Below the pieces are notes generated by a model. It was not told the origin of the DNA. It saw nothing but the letters and a program-made list of their open reading frames with translations, and did not search any database. DNA of 51,599 bases from the NCBI GenBank assembly GCA_046758505.1, contig JBHIAH010000012.1, positions 1 through 51,599 on the forward strand, given 5' to 3'. The DNA comes from Candidatus Methylomirabilales bacterium (GTDB taxonomy: Bacteria > Methylomirabilota > Methylomirabilia > Methylomirabilales > CSP1-5). Position numbers and translations under genes: made by a program. This document shows positions 35,047-43,869 of the stretch, piece by piece (position 1 is the stretch's first letter; each line of letters opens with the position of its first letter).

Positions 35047-36623
35047 GGGGTTCCGCGCGAGATGAGGCGCTCCACCGGGAGAATCCGGAGCGTGCTCCGA
35101 AGCCGCGGCCCGCCGAGCCATCCGCTCTTCCCCGCGCGCTCCACCACGGCAACCACCACCTCCCCGTCTGGGGTCACGGCAAAATCGCCCACGTACCCGC
35201 CCAGCATCCGGCTGCATCCTACCGATTCCAGCACCCCTTCGCCGACCGCGAGCGCGCACAGCTGGCCGTGCTTGAACTGGAACAGGGTCGGGACCGCCAC
35301 CAATCCCGCGCGCCCGAACCGGAGGATATTGTTCGCCAGGAGGATCTCGTTCCTGCCGTCTCCGTTGAGGTCCACGGCAAGGACCTTGCTACCCTTGAAC
35401 GCGAATTCCCTGCCCTCCTGCTGGGGGTAGATTCTGATCGGGGTCGCCTCGAACTTCCGGGTCGCCGTGGCGATGAGGCGGCCGTCGGAGGAGTAGAGAG
35501 CTGGCCGGCGGTGGCGATCGAGGATCAGGCGCTCGGACCGCCCATCTCCGTCCCAGTCAAACACCGAGAGGGTGTAGAGCGAGACCCGCTCACGCAAGCG
35601 GGGAAACGGGGCCTCCACGTACCGGCCGTTGCTCCAGATCGCCCGCCGGATCGAGTTCATGAAAGGATCGGAAACCCCTGACTGCTGCCAGAAGAGATCC
35701 GCCACGCCGTCACCGTCCCAGTCTCCGGCAACATGGAGAAAGACGCCGCGGCCGGGAAGGACGCCGCTCAGTTCTCGGTACCGAGTCCGGTTGTGCTCGA
35801 TGACGAACGAGCGGACCGCTCGGCTCCCGTGACGGGTGACGAAGATCTCCGCTCTCCCGTTTCGATTGACATCAGCCACTGCCACGTGGATCAGCCGCCC
35901 CTTCCCCTTGGCCTCGTAGATCTTCCGAGGCTCCCCGCGATCCCCCTCAAGCGGGACCAGCCAGACGTTGTCGCCCTCCGTGAAAAGGATCTCCTTCCGA
36001 CCATCGCCGTCGGTATCCCCCACGTCGAGGCTCAGAATCCCGCCTTCGAAGGCAACCGTCTTCCGAACCTTGGAATGGCGGGGATCGACTCGCGGGCGGG
36101 AAGGCCGGGGGCTCCGCACGGCCTTCTTCTCTCCCCGACGCGGCGAGGGCCCGAGCTGGACCTCTTCGAAGACAACAAGGGCGCCGCGCCGGGTCTCGAT
36201 GGCTCGGAGGCGGAGACTGCCGGCAGCGGGCCCGGGGGAGCCCAAGATCACCCCGTGAATCTCAAGCTCGTCTGCAAGACGTTTCAGGCCGGCGGGTGAC
36301 AGGATCTCTCCGAACCCCTTGCTCCGCCACCCGGTCGCGGCCCGCACGACCTCCTCATCAACCACCCGAAGCCGGCCTGTCTCCAGCAAACGCTTGACCA
36401 GCGCAGCCCTCACGGCGCTGAAGAGCTGAGTTGCTTCCTCCGTGCGCGCCACGAACTCCAGGACGACCACGGCCGGCGCCGGAGCCTCCGCGGAGGAAAA
36501 CGTTCGCTCGACAAGGACGGCAAACGCCTCGATGTCGGGCTCCGACCCGGCCGCGGGGAAGGAGAGACCGACGACTCCCCCCAGCAGGCAGAGCCCAACG
36601 ACACCGAGGCCTTTCTTCGTCAT
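35043..36623 (-). CDS. Exported FG-GAP/VCBS-repeat (beta-propeller) protein
   Basis: Signal peptide from ATG 36623; five DxDGDG-type repeats (DTDGDG, DVNRNG, DWDGDG twice, DLNGDG). Confidence 0.8.
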   Translation of the reverse strand: MTKKGLGVVGLCLLGGVVGLSFPAAGSEPDIEAFAVLVERTFSSAEAPAPAVVVLEFVARTEEATQLFSAVRAALVKRLLETGRLRVVDEEVVRAATGWRSKGFGEILSPAGLKRLADELEIHGVILGSPGPAAGSLRLRAIETRRGALVVFEEVQLGPSPRRGEKKAVRSPRPSRPRVDPRHSKVRKTVAFEGGILSLDVGDTDGDGRKEILFTEGDNVWLVPLEGDRGEPRKIYEAKGKGRLIHVAVADVNRNGRAEIFVTRHGSRAVRSFVIEHNRTRYRELSGVLPGRGVFLHVAGDWDGDGVADLFWQQSGVSDPFMNSIRRAIWSNGRYVEAPFPRLRERVSLYTLSVFDWDGDGRSERLILDRHRRPALYSSDGRLIATATRKFEATPIRIYPQQEGREFAFKGSKVLAVDLNGDGRNEILLANNILRFGRAGLVAVPTLFQFKHGQLCALAVGEGVLESVGCSRMLGGYVGDFAVTPDGEVVVAVVERAGKSGWLGGPRLRSTLRILPVERLISRGTP

Positions 36624-36649
36624 TCTCGCGAGAGTTCTGGGAGCAGCTC

Positions 36650-37738
36650 CTACCAGTTCGCCACCGCCTGGAAGCCGATGCCGTCTTCCTGGGGCGCGTT
36701 CGTAGCCCTGTTGTCGGTGGATCGGTTGAAGTACTCGAGCTTGAACGCCAACCACTCCTGAGGCGTGAACCGCACGCCCACGGTGATCCTGCCCTCATCC
36801 ACTGCCGTTCCCGTTGTGATCGGCGTCGGGCCCTCTTTGATGGAGGGGAGGCCGTCGTCGTTGTCCACCGCGTCATAGCGGGCGATCAATTCCACGAGCG
36901 GGTGAGCGGCCCACGACCCCTGAACATACCACCCGTTGAGCGTCGCCTCCGAGAGGGTGCCCACGCCGGGGTTGTCCACGTTGAGCTGGTTGAACTCGGC
37001 TCTCAGCTCGAACGGCTCGAAGTTCACGACTCCATGAACCCCCCACATGACGTAGTCGTTGTCATTCCACACATCCCATTTCCCCGCCAGGAGCGAGCCC
37101 CCCACCTCGATCCCCCGAGTCTCAACGCCCGCGAGCGGGATCAGGTTGAGCTGGAGGCCAAAGGACTTGTCATCGTTGATGTCGCGGGAGTCGCTCCCTT
37201 TGACATTGCTCTGCTCGAAGACCCCATCGCGGTCCCCGTCCTTCAGCCCGTTGATCACGTAGCCGTTGTAGTTGAGCGTGGCCACGGTTCCGAGGGGAAG
37301 GACTCCCGTGGCAAGGATCCCCGCGTCAGAAAAGGTGCCGGGCACGATCGCCCTCGACGGCGAGGGACGGCTCACCAGCTTGTTCCGGGGAGAGGCGTGG
37401 ACCCGGTGCTCGACCCCGAACGGGACCACGAAATACCCGAACCAGAGCTCCAAGAGGTCGTTATACAGCGGCTTCCACTCGATCTGGGCGAACTCAACCT
37501 TGACGCCGGTCGTGTGCTCGAACTCGATCTCGCCCTGGGCCCTGAGGTTGTCAGCGAGCTCCGAGCCCAGAAAGAGGTTGAAGTGGTGGTTGTCAAAGAT
37601 CCCCTCGGCTCTCCCGGCGTGATCCTGGTTCCGAGCTTCAAAATCGATATACCCGTGAAAGATCATCTCCTGGGCCCAGGCCGGCATAGCCAAAGCAAGG
37701 ACCAGGCCAACTGCGAGAACCCCTCCCCACTGTTTCAC
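36650..37738 (-). CDS. Outer-membrane beta-barrel porin
   Basis: Signal peptide ending AWA; alternating beta-strand pattern (EIEFEH, GYFVVPFG, RAEF, GWYVQ, ARYD, FKLEY); terminal Trp. Confidence 0.82.
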   Translation of the reverse strand: MKQWGGVLAVGLVLALAMPAWAQEMIFHGYIDFEARNQDHAGRAEGIFDNHHFNLFLGSELADNLRAQGEIEFEHTTGVKVEFAQIEWKPLYNDLLELWFGYFVVPFGVEHRVHASPRNKLVSRPSPSRAIVPGTFSDAGILATGVLPLGTVATLNYNGYVINGLKDGDRDGVFEQSNVKGSDSRDINDDKSFGLQLNLIPLAGVETRGIEVGGSLLAGKWDVWNDNDYVMWGVHGVVNFEPFELRAEFNQLNVDNPGVGTLSEATLNGWYVQGSWAAHPLVELIARYDAVDNDDGLPSIKEGPTPITTGTAVDEGRITVGVRFTPQEWLAFKLEYFNRSTDNRATNAPQEDGIGFQAVANW

Positions 37739-37947
37739 GAGGCAATCCTCCTTCGCTTGACAGCTCAGCCGCGGAGGGGTCTACTGAAAAGCGCCCTCAC
37801 GCGGTTGAGTCCGTGTGGTGGTGTGAGGGGCTGGCCCGCGCCTGCCAGGGTCAGGACCAGCCCCTCGCCTCTCCTCCCGCCTCTCCTCCCACCTCCTTCC
37901 TGTTTTCCCCTCCCTGATGCGCCCGAAAGCCTATCTTCGGGAAGGGA

Positions 37948-38571
37948 TCAAAACCGCTCGGACAGGATTTTGTCGATCTGACCGGCCGCCGCCCGGAACC
38001 GGTCGGGATCCGGCGGCTTCTTCCCGAAGCCAAAGGCGCCCGGGCGCCCCAGGGCCTTCATGGCATCGCCGAAAGCCTTCCTGACCTCGGCGTCCGCCGC
38101 CCGCTCACCCTTCTTGACCACGGGGGCCAGGATGGCGTAGTAGTTCTTGGCGCTCGCCACGAGGGCCTTCGCCTTTCCGAAGTCCTGAAGAAGGGCCTCG
38201 GCGTTCTCGAGCTTGTGCCTGATCAGGAAAAAGAACGTCCGGTGAAAGCTGTCGACCAGTGATTCGGCGTGGCGGGTTTGATCCGTTCCCTCGCCCCCCG
38301 CCTGAATGGCGGCTTCCATGGGGCCCACGAGACCCGCCTGGTAGTCACTGTCCATCTTCGCCACCACACCCCTGATCTTGCCGAATCGCTTCTCGACGTC
38401 ATTCCACCGCATGGGGCTGGCTTTCAACGCCTTATTGATCGCCTTGTAGGCCTGGATGACCGGATCCTTTTTCCCCCCGTAGCCATAGCCATAGGCCCAG
38501 GGGATACGAATGGCGCCGCTCGCCAAGAGTATCAGGACCACCGCAAGCCAGAGTCCGTATCGTGGTCTCAC
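37948..38571 (-). CDS. Exported alpha-helical protein of unknown function (copy 1), first gene after a sigma-54 promoter
   Basis: Signal peptide, then YGYGGKKDP...LGRPGAFGFGKKPPDP. Close paralog at 48847..49470 supports coding status. Confidence 0.8.
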   Translation of the reverse strand: MRPRYGLWLAVVLILLASGAIRIPWAYGYGYGGKKDPVIQAYKAINKALKASPMRWNDVEKRFGKIRGVVAKMDSDYQAGLVGPMEAAIQAGGEGTDQTRHAESLVDSFHRTFFFLIRHKLENAEALLQDFGKAKALVASAKNYYAILAPVVKKGERAADAEVRKAFGDAMKALGRPGAFGFGKKPPDPDRFRAAAGQIDKILSERF

Positions 38572-38660
38572 ACTCCCCCTCCCCTCTCTCGGTTTTCAGA
38601 ACCCCTGAAGCCCCGGAGTTCAACCCCAATACTTCCCGAACACTCCCCGATTCCTAAACA

Positions 38661-38677
38661 CGCAAAGGCCGTGCCAG
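38661..38677 (-). promoter_or_regulatory. Sigma-54 promoter of the porin-cytochrome operon
   Basis: Minus strand CTGGCACGGCCTTTGCG, near-consensus TGGCAC-N5-TTGC. Confidence 0.85.
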
Positions 38678-38860
38678 CGGCGATCACGGAGACAAGGTAC
38701 CACATGGTGTTGTTGACAAAAGACTTTTTGCGAGAGGCGGTGGGAGGGGATACGGGCTGGGAGGTCTTCGCGCGCGCATTTCGGTGCGCAAGAGTGCAAT
38801 GCCGTGCGCAGTGACAGGCCCGGTTACGATGGTCGGAGCGGGGGACGGCTCCTCTGCGGG
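38661..38860. repeat. ~200 bp duplicated sigma-54 regulatory region, copy 1 (copy 2 at ~40256-40455)
   Basis: Shared blocks GGCGGTGGGAGGGGAT, GCGCGCA-N6-TGCGCA.GAGTGCAATG and GTGACA.GCCCGGTTACGATGG. Confidence 0.8.
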
Positions 38861-38947
38861 TGTCGGCCCGGACCCGCCGGTTTCGGGGACGGGATCGAGG
38901 CACGCGCGAGAGCGAACCCCGGTCCAGGGGAGCCAGAGCGCCCGCTC

Positions 38948-39712
38948 CTACTTGACGGGGAAGCTGAAATTCACTCTCCCCTGCTCGCCCGCCTTCACCG
39001 TCACCCGAACCTCCTGGCGCCCCAATTTCTCGTGCCATGCCGTGAGGGTATAAGTTCCGGAAGGGACATCCGTGATCCTGTACGCTCCATCCTCCCCCGT
39101 AAGCGCGTAGTAGGGATGGTCCAGGACGGCGATCCACCCGTTCATGAAGTCATGAGAATCGCACATGAGCTCCACCAGCCCAGACCGTTTGACCCTCTTC
39201 CTGATCACCTGACCTTGAATCGGCTGGGCCAGATTGAACAGCGTCCGGCCCCGGAAAATGGAGTGGGTATTGTGGAGCACGGGGTCCTCATTAACGATCT
39301 CCAGCTTGGTCCGGGTGCGCACCACCAGGAAATGCGGGACGAACCGTCCCCCCCGATTGAAGAGCCGCGGGCGATGGTCCGGCCACGGCTTCCCCTCCGT
39401 GATCCCCTCGACGGTGATCAGCACATTCTTGATCTTCCCTGCCCGCGACACGATCAGCCGCTCGTCGGGGAGTTTCTCGCCGAAGACATCGGCGTTCTTC
39501 GTCACCCAGATCACATAGGGCCCCGGGGGTGACCCCTTATAGGTGGCCTCGCCGGCGATAGTGCCGCCGTTGGGAACGGCCTTCTCCCGGTACTTCTCCC
39601 GGCCCTCTCCCGGCCCCGCCAGGAGCAACGGGAGAAGGCCGACCCCCACTAGCGCGCTGATCCAGAGCGAAGGAGAGGAAGCGACACCCCTAGCGGGGAA
39701 GAACATAGACAT
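38948..39712 (-). CDS. Exported cupredoxin-like protein with carboxypeptidase-regulatory-like domain (paralog of 26442..27218)
   Basis: FVPHF, NEDPVLHNTH, CDSHDFM and VPSGTYTLTAWHE motifs. Confidence 0.8.
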   Translation of the reverse strand: MSMFFPARGVASSPSLWISALVGVGLLPLLLAGPGEGREKYREKAVPNGGTIAGEATYKGSPPGPYVIWVTKNADVFGEKLPDERLIVSRAGKIKNVLITVEGITEGKPWPDHRPRLFNRGGRFVPHFLVVRTRTKLEIVNEDPVLHNTHSIFRGRTLFNLAQPIQGQVIRKRVKRSGLVELMCDSHDFMNGWIAVLDHPYYALTGEDGAYRITDVPSGTYTLTAWHEKLGRQEVRVTVKAGEQGRVNFSFPVK

Positions 39713-40145
39713 AGCCCACCATCGGCCCTTCCTTTTCGGGACTCACATGGTTGTTGCAGACCATCTTGAACGTCCCGGCCTTGGTTGCAACGAACCTGAT
39801 GGTCTTCTCCTCCCCCCTGTTGATCTCGGTCTCGGGCACCCCGAACGCCTTGATCTCGATGAGGTGCTTCGACCCCTTGACGGCGTGGATTCTCAGAACG
39901 ACGGTGTCGCCCTTGTTGACCACGATGAACCCGGGATTGAAGACGTACCGCTCGATCTCCTTCACCGACCCCAGGTTCCGATCCACCACGGGGGCCTCGC
40001 CGGACTTTGCCTTCCATTTCCACTCGCCCGTGACGATGATGAACTCTTTCTCCGCCGCTTGCGCCAACATCGGTCCCACTGAAAGGAGCAGAAGGCCGAC
40101 GCAGACTCCCAACAGGCCAACTCGCCACACTCGTGTGAGGTTCAT
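39690..40145 (-). CDS. Exported cupredoxin-domain protein
   Basis: Signal peptide; FNPGFIVVNKGDTV, H, AGTFKMVCNNH-x8-MVG. Confidence 0.85.
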   Translation of the reverse strand: MNLTRVWRVGLLGVCVGLLLLSVGPMLAQAAEKEFIIVTGEWKWKAKSGEAPVVDRNLGSVKEIERYVFNPGFIVVNKGDTVVLRIHAVKGSKHLIEIKAFGVPETEINRGEEKTIRFVATKAGTFKMVCNNHVSPEKEGPMVGYVYVLPR

Positions 40146-40255
40146 GGAGGTTCCTCCTTTTGGTGTGAAACTGCTCGTGGTGAATCATCCTATCCATGCT
40201 GAAGCTCACGGCCGAACGCTGAGGGCTCTCTCGCTTTCTCCTCACGGCTTGACTG

Positions 40256-40272
40256 GGCAAACCCCGTGCCAA
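40256..40272 (-). promoter_or_regulatory. Sigma-54 promoter of the cupredoxin pair
   Basis: Minus strand TTGGCACGGGGTTTGCC. Confidence 0.85.
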
Positions 40273-40455
40273 CGGGGACCGAGGAGACGAAGCACCGCAT
40301 GGTGGTGTTGAGAAAAAGCTTTGTGCCAAAGGCGGTGGGAGGGGATCCGACCTAGGGAGCGCTTTGGCGCGCAGTTCTCTGCGCAGGAGTGCAATGACCT
40401 GCACGGTGACAAGCCCGGTTACGATGGCCGGGGTGGGGGACGCCTCCTCCGCGGA
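40256..40455. repeat. ~200 bp duplicated sigma-54 regulatory region, copy 2
   Basis: Colinear similarity to 38661-38860. Confidence 0.8.
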
Positions 40456-40506
40456 CCCTGGTGTCGGGATGATATCGAGGGACGCAGAGGGACGCACGAG
40501 GACTCC

Positions 40507-41886
40507 TTAGGACCGCCCAAGGCCATGGGCCTGGAGCTTGTAGAGGAGGGCCCGCCGGCTGATGCCGAGGAGCCGGGCCGCTTCGGTTCGGTTGTGGTTG
40601 GTCCGGGTCAGCGCCCGCTGAATGAGCCCCCGCTCCACCTCCCGGACCACCCTGGCAGTGGTCTCGGGAAGGGACTGGACGCTTTCGGGAAGGGCAACGG
40701 TCATCTCATCGCGTGGAGCCATGAGATGCGGCGGAAGGTCCCGCTCGGTGATCGTGTCATCCTCGCTGAGCAGCGCGGCTCTCTCCAGCACGTGGTCTAG
40801 CTCGCGAACATTGCCCGGCCAGGGATAATTCATGAGAATTCTGAGCGCGCTGGGTGAGAGGCGCTTGACCTTCCCTTCCCCGTCCGAGCGATCAAGGAAG
40901 TGTTCCACCAGCAGCGGGATATCCTCCCGCCGCTCGCGAACTGGCGGGAGGCGGATCGGGAATACGTGCAGGCGGTAATAGAGGTCCTCCCGGAAGGCGC
41001 TTTGGCGAACCTCCTCTTCGAGATCCCGGTTCGTGGCGGCAATGATCCGGACATCGACCTGGATCGTCCTGGTCTCGCCCACCCTCCGCATCTCGCCGTC
41101 CTGGAGCACCCGGAGGAGCTTGGCCTGGAGCCCGAGGGAAAGCTCCGCCACCTCGTCCAGGAACAGCGTGCCGCCGTGGGCCTCCTCAAAGAGGCCCCGC
41201 CTGGCAGCGATCGCCCCGGTGAAGGCGCCTCTGACATGCCCGAACAGCTCGGTCTCCTGGAGGGTTTCCGGAATCGCCCCGCAATCAATGACGACGAAGG
41301 GACCGGAGTTCCGCGGACTCGCAAAATGGATGGCCTTCGCCACCAACTCCTTCCCGGTCCCGCTCTCCCCCTGGATCAGCACCGCACCGCGCCCGGGGGC
41401 CACCCTCTCGATCTGGGTGTAGACCTCCTGCATGGCTTTGCACTTCCCCACCAGGCCGCCGAAGCCGAACCGCTGCTCCACGATCCTTCGTAGATACCGC
41501 ACCTCCCGCCTGAGCCTCATCCGCTCCAGGGCCCTATCCACTACTCCGAGGATTTCCCGGGCCCGAAACGGCTTGGTCACGTAGTCGAAGGCCCCCACCC
41601 GCATGGCCTCAATGGCCGAGGGGATGGTGCCGTAGGCAGTGATCATGACGACCGAGGCTTCGGAGAGGGTCTCGCGGATAGCCTTCAGCACCTCGAGCCC
41701 ATCCGGCCCGGGGAGCTTCAGGTCGCACAGCACGAGGTCGTAGCTCGCTTCTTTGAGCCGCTCGATGGCCTCGGTACCGGACCCGACGCCCTCCACCTCA
41801 TACCCCTCGTGGGCGAGGAGTTTGGTCAGGAAGTGGACCATGTTCTCCTCGTCATCCACGACGAGGATCCGCTCGCGTTCGCTCAT
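40507..41886 (-). CDS. Sigma-54-dependent response regulator (NtrC/ZraR/AtoC family)
   Basis: Receiver domain, GESGTGKE, GAFTGA, WPGNVREL and HTH. Confidence 0.95.
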   Translation of the reverse strand: MSERERILVVDDEENMVHFLTKLLAHEGYEVEGVGSGTEAIERLKEASYDLVLCDLKLPGPDGLEVLKAIRETLSEASVVMITAYGTIPSAIEAMRVGAFDYVTKPFRAREILGVVDRALERMRLRREVRYLRRIVEQRFGFGGLVGKCKAMQEVYTQIERVAPGRGAVLIQGESGTGKELVAKAIHFASPRNSGPFVVIDCGAIPETLQETELFGHVRGAFTGAIAARRGLFEEAHGGTLFLDEVAELSLGLQAKLLRVLQDGEMRRVGETRTIQVDVRIIAATNRDLEEEVRQSAFREDLYYRLHVFPIRLPPVRERREDIPLLVEHFLDRSDGEGKVKRLSPSALRILMNYPWPGNVRELDHVLERAALLSEDDTITERDLPPHLMAPRDEMTVALPESVQSLPETTARVVREVERGLIQRALTRTNHNRTEAARLLGISRRALLYKLQAHGLGRS

Positions 41887-43469
41887 GCGCCCCCGGCTTT
41901 CTCGGAAGTGACCGGCTCGACCTGGGGTGCGACCTCCGCCAGGGGGAGGAGCACCCGAATAGTGGTCCCGACTCCGAGCTGGCTCTTCACGACCAGGGCC
42001 CCATGAACGGCCTCGATGAGGCTGTGGCAGATGGCGAGACCCAGGCCCGAGCCCTGGCCTCGCCCCTTGGTGGAGAAGAAGGGTTCAAAGATTCTCTCCA
42101 GATGGTCAGAGGGGATGCCGGGTCCCCGGTCGGCGATGGAGACGGAGACCACCTCCTGGGCCGGCGAGAAGGCGCGCCCCAGGCGGTAATCGCCATCCAC
42201 CCACTGCCGCGCGAGGCCGGCACCGGTTCCGACCAGGATGGGTCCCCTTTCCGCCATCGCCTGGGCGGCGTTGAGCAGGAGGTTGAGAAGGATCTGCTGG
42301 AGGAGGAACTCGTCGGCCACCGCTCGCGGGGGCGAAGGGTCGAGTTCTTTGATCCACACGATCCTCTCGAACCCTTTCTGGGTCGTCACCAGCCCGAGGG
42401 TCTTCTCGACCACCTCGTTCACCTCCACCGGCGCCAGCTGAGGCGGGCTGGGCCGGGCGTAGTCGAGCAACCCCTGGAGGATACGCTTGAGCCGGGTGAT
42501 CTCGCCCGCAATCCGCTCGCTCCGTTCGCGGCACTCCGAGCGATCCTCCGGCCGGCCTCGGCAGAGGACCTGGAGGTCCAGGAGCCCGACGATGGAACCC
42601 AGAGGATTCCCAACCTCGTGGACGATCCCCGCGGCGAACCGCCCGGCTGAAGCCAGCCGCTCGCTCTGGACGAGCTGGAACTGGGTCTGTTTCAGGCCAT
42701 CGTAAGCCTCTCGAAGCTCTTCGGCGGTCCGCTCCAACGCCAGGTTCTGCTGGACAATGGTTTTCGAGGCCCTTCGGAACGTCAGCCAGAGGGCCACATA
42801 GAGCAGTGCCAGGCCAAAGAGGATCGCCCCCCACACGGTGAGCCGGAGAGTCCAGACCCTCTGGTACAGCGGGTCGATGGGGCTATAGATCTCGTAGGCT
42901 CCGATGACCGTGCGCGTTCCCTCGAGGAAGATCGGGATGTACACCTCGAAGAGGCGCGAATGCCCCGCCTGGCGCTCGGCGAAGTGCTCGGATCCCCGGA
43001 GATCGGAGAGCCCCACCACCGACTCGCCTCCCAGGGCCTTCCGGAGAGGAACGTTGCCCGGGAAGGACCGTCCAACAAGCTGCGGTTTGCGCGAGTGGTA
43101 GATGATGGTCCCACTCCGGTCGTAGATCTTGATCGCCACCACGTTGGAGGTTAGGAAGTTCTCCCTGATCAGCCGGTCGAAGGCCTCGTACTCTTCCCCG
43201 GTCCTCACCTTGACAAACTCCTCCCCCGTGATGATGAAGCGCGCCACGTTCTTGAAGTAGTCGAGGGAGGCAAGGGTGGCCCGCTCCAGCATCTTCTTCT
43301 CCACGAGGTAGGTCAGGCCGGTCCCCAGGACGAGAGCTACGCCCACCCACAAGCCCGCGCTCAGGAGGGACAAGTTCCTGAAGAGGCGCGGCGTGAGTCT
43401 GGGCCCCGGACTGCGGGCAGACGTCAGGCCGATGAGCGAGTCAGAATCCCGTCCGGGCCCGGTATTCAT
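41883..43469 (-). CDS. Sensor histidine kinase (two TM, periplasmic PAS/Cache-like)
   Basis: VHEVGNPL, NAAQAM, DRGPGI, FEPFF and GSGLGL motifs; start uncertain. Confidence 0.9.
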   Translation of the reverse strand: MNTGPGRDSDSLIGLTSARSPGPRLTPRLFRNLSLLSAGLWVGVALVLGTGLTYLVEKKMLERATLASLDYFKNVARFIITGEEFVKVRTGEEYEAFDRLIRENFLTSNVVAIKIYDRSGTIIYHSRKPQLVGRSFPGNVPLRKALGGESVVGLSDLRGSEHFAERQAGHSRLFEVYIPIFLEGTRTVIGAYEIYSPIDPLYQRVWTLRLTVWGAILFGLALLYVALWLTFRRASKTIVQQNLALERTAEELREAYDGLKQTQFQLVQSERLASAGRFAAGIVHEVGNPLGSIVGLLDLQVLCRGRPEDRSECRERSERIAGEITRLKRILQGLLDYARPSPPQLAPVEVNEVVEKTLGLVTTQKGFERIVWIKELDPSPPRAVADEFLLQQILLNLLLNAAQAMAERGPILVGTGAGLARQWVDGDYRLGRAFSPAQEVVSVSIADRGPGIPSDHLERIFEPFFSTKGRGQGSGLGLAICHSLIEAVHGALVVKSQLGVGTTIRVLLPLAEVAPQVEPVTSEKAGGA

Positions 43470-43869
43470 CCATGAGCTCAGGGGTCACAACGCTCACTCC
43501 CCGCTCCCGAGCGTAGCGCGAAACCGCCCTCCGGGCCATGTTCCGAGCGAGTGGAGGCAGGCGCAGGAGGCGGGCCTCCGCCGCCTCCGACCAGGCCAGG
43601 CCTTGCTCCCTCCCGACTTCAAGCGCCCCCTCCCGTTGCTGGCTTACCATCGCCCCGACGACCTCCAGAGGCTCGGGAGGAACCTGGCGCCCGCCGATCT
43701 TCACCCCCAGAGCCTGAACGAGCTGCGTCTCAACAGGGTTGGTGAGCATGGCGATCCGGTGGCCGCAGCCCGGGCACCCGAAGGTCACGGTGACCGACCC
43801 CTCGTCGGGTCCTTCCACTGAGCGAAGCTGCATGGCCTCATCGCACGCGACACAGAGGAATTTCATCAC
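43441..43869 (-). CDS. Small protein with N-terminal CxxC...CxxC and C-terminal PCP_red (BchB C-terminal-like) domain
   Basis: CVAC..CPGC; WSEAAEARLLRLPPLARNMARRAVSRYARERG..VT. Confidence 0.8.
   Translation of the reverse strand: MMKFLCVACDEAMQLRSVEGPDEGSVTVTFGCPGCGHRIAMLTNPVETQLVQALGVKIGGRQVPPEPLEVVGAMVSQQREGALEVGREQGLAWSEAAEARLLRLPPLARNMARRAVSRYARERGVSVVTPELMDEYRARTGF

Noticed and set aside
3862..37981. Long plus-strand ORFs (e.g. 3862..5331, 8939..11110, 24577..26289, 31779..33044, 36431..37981)
   Set aside because: They are antisense to well-supported minus-strand genes and lack recognisable motifs, as expected in high-GC DNA.
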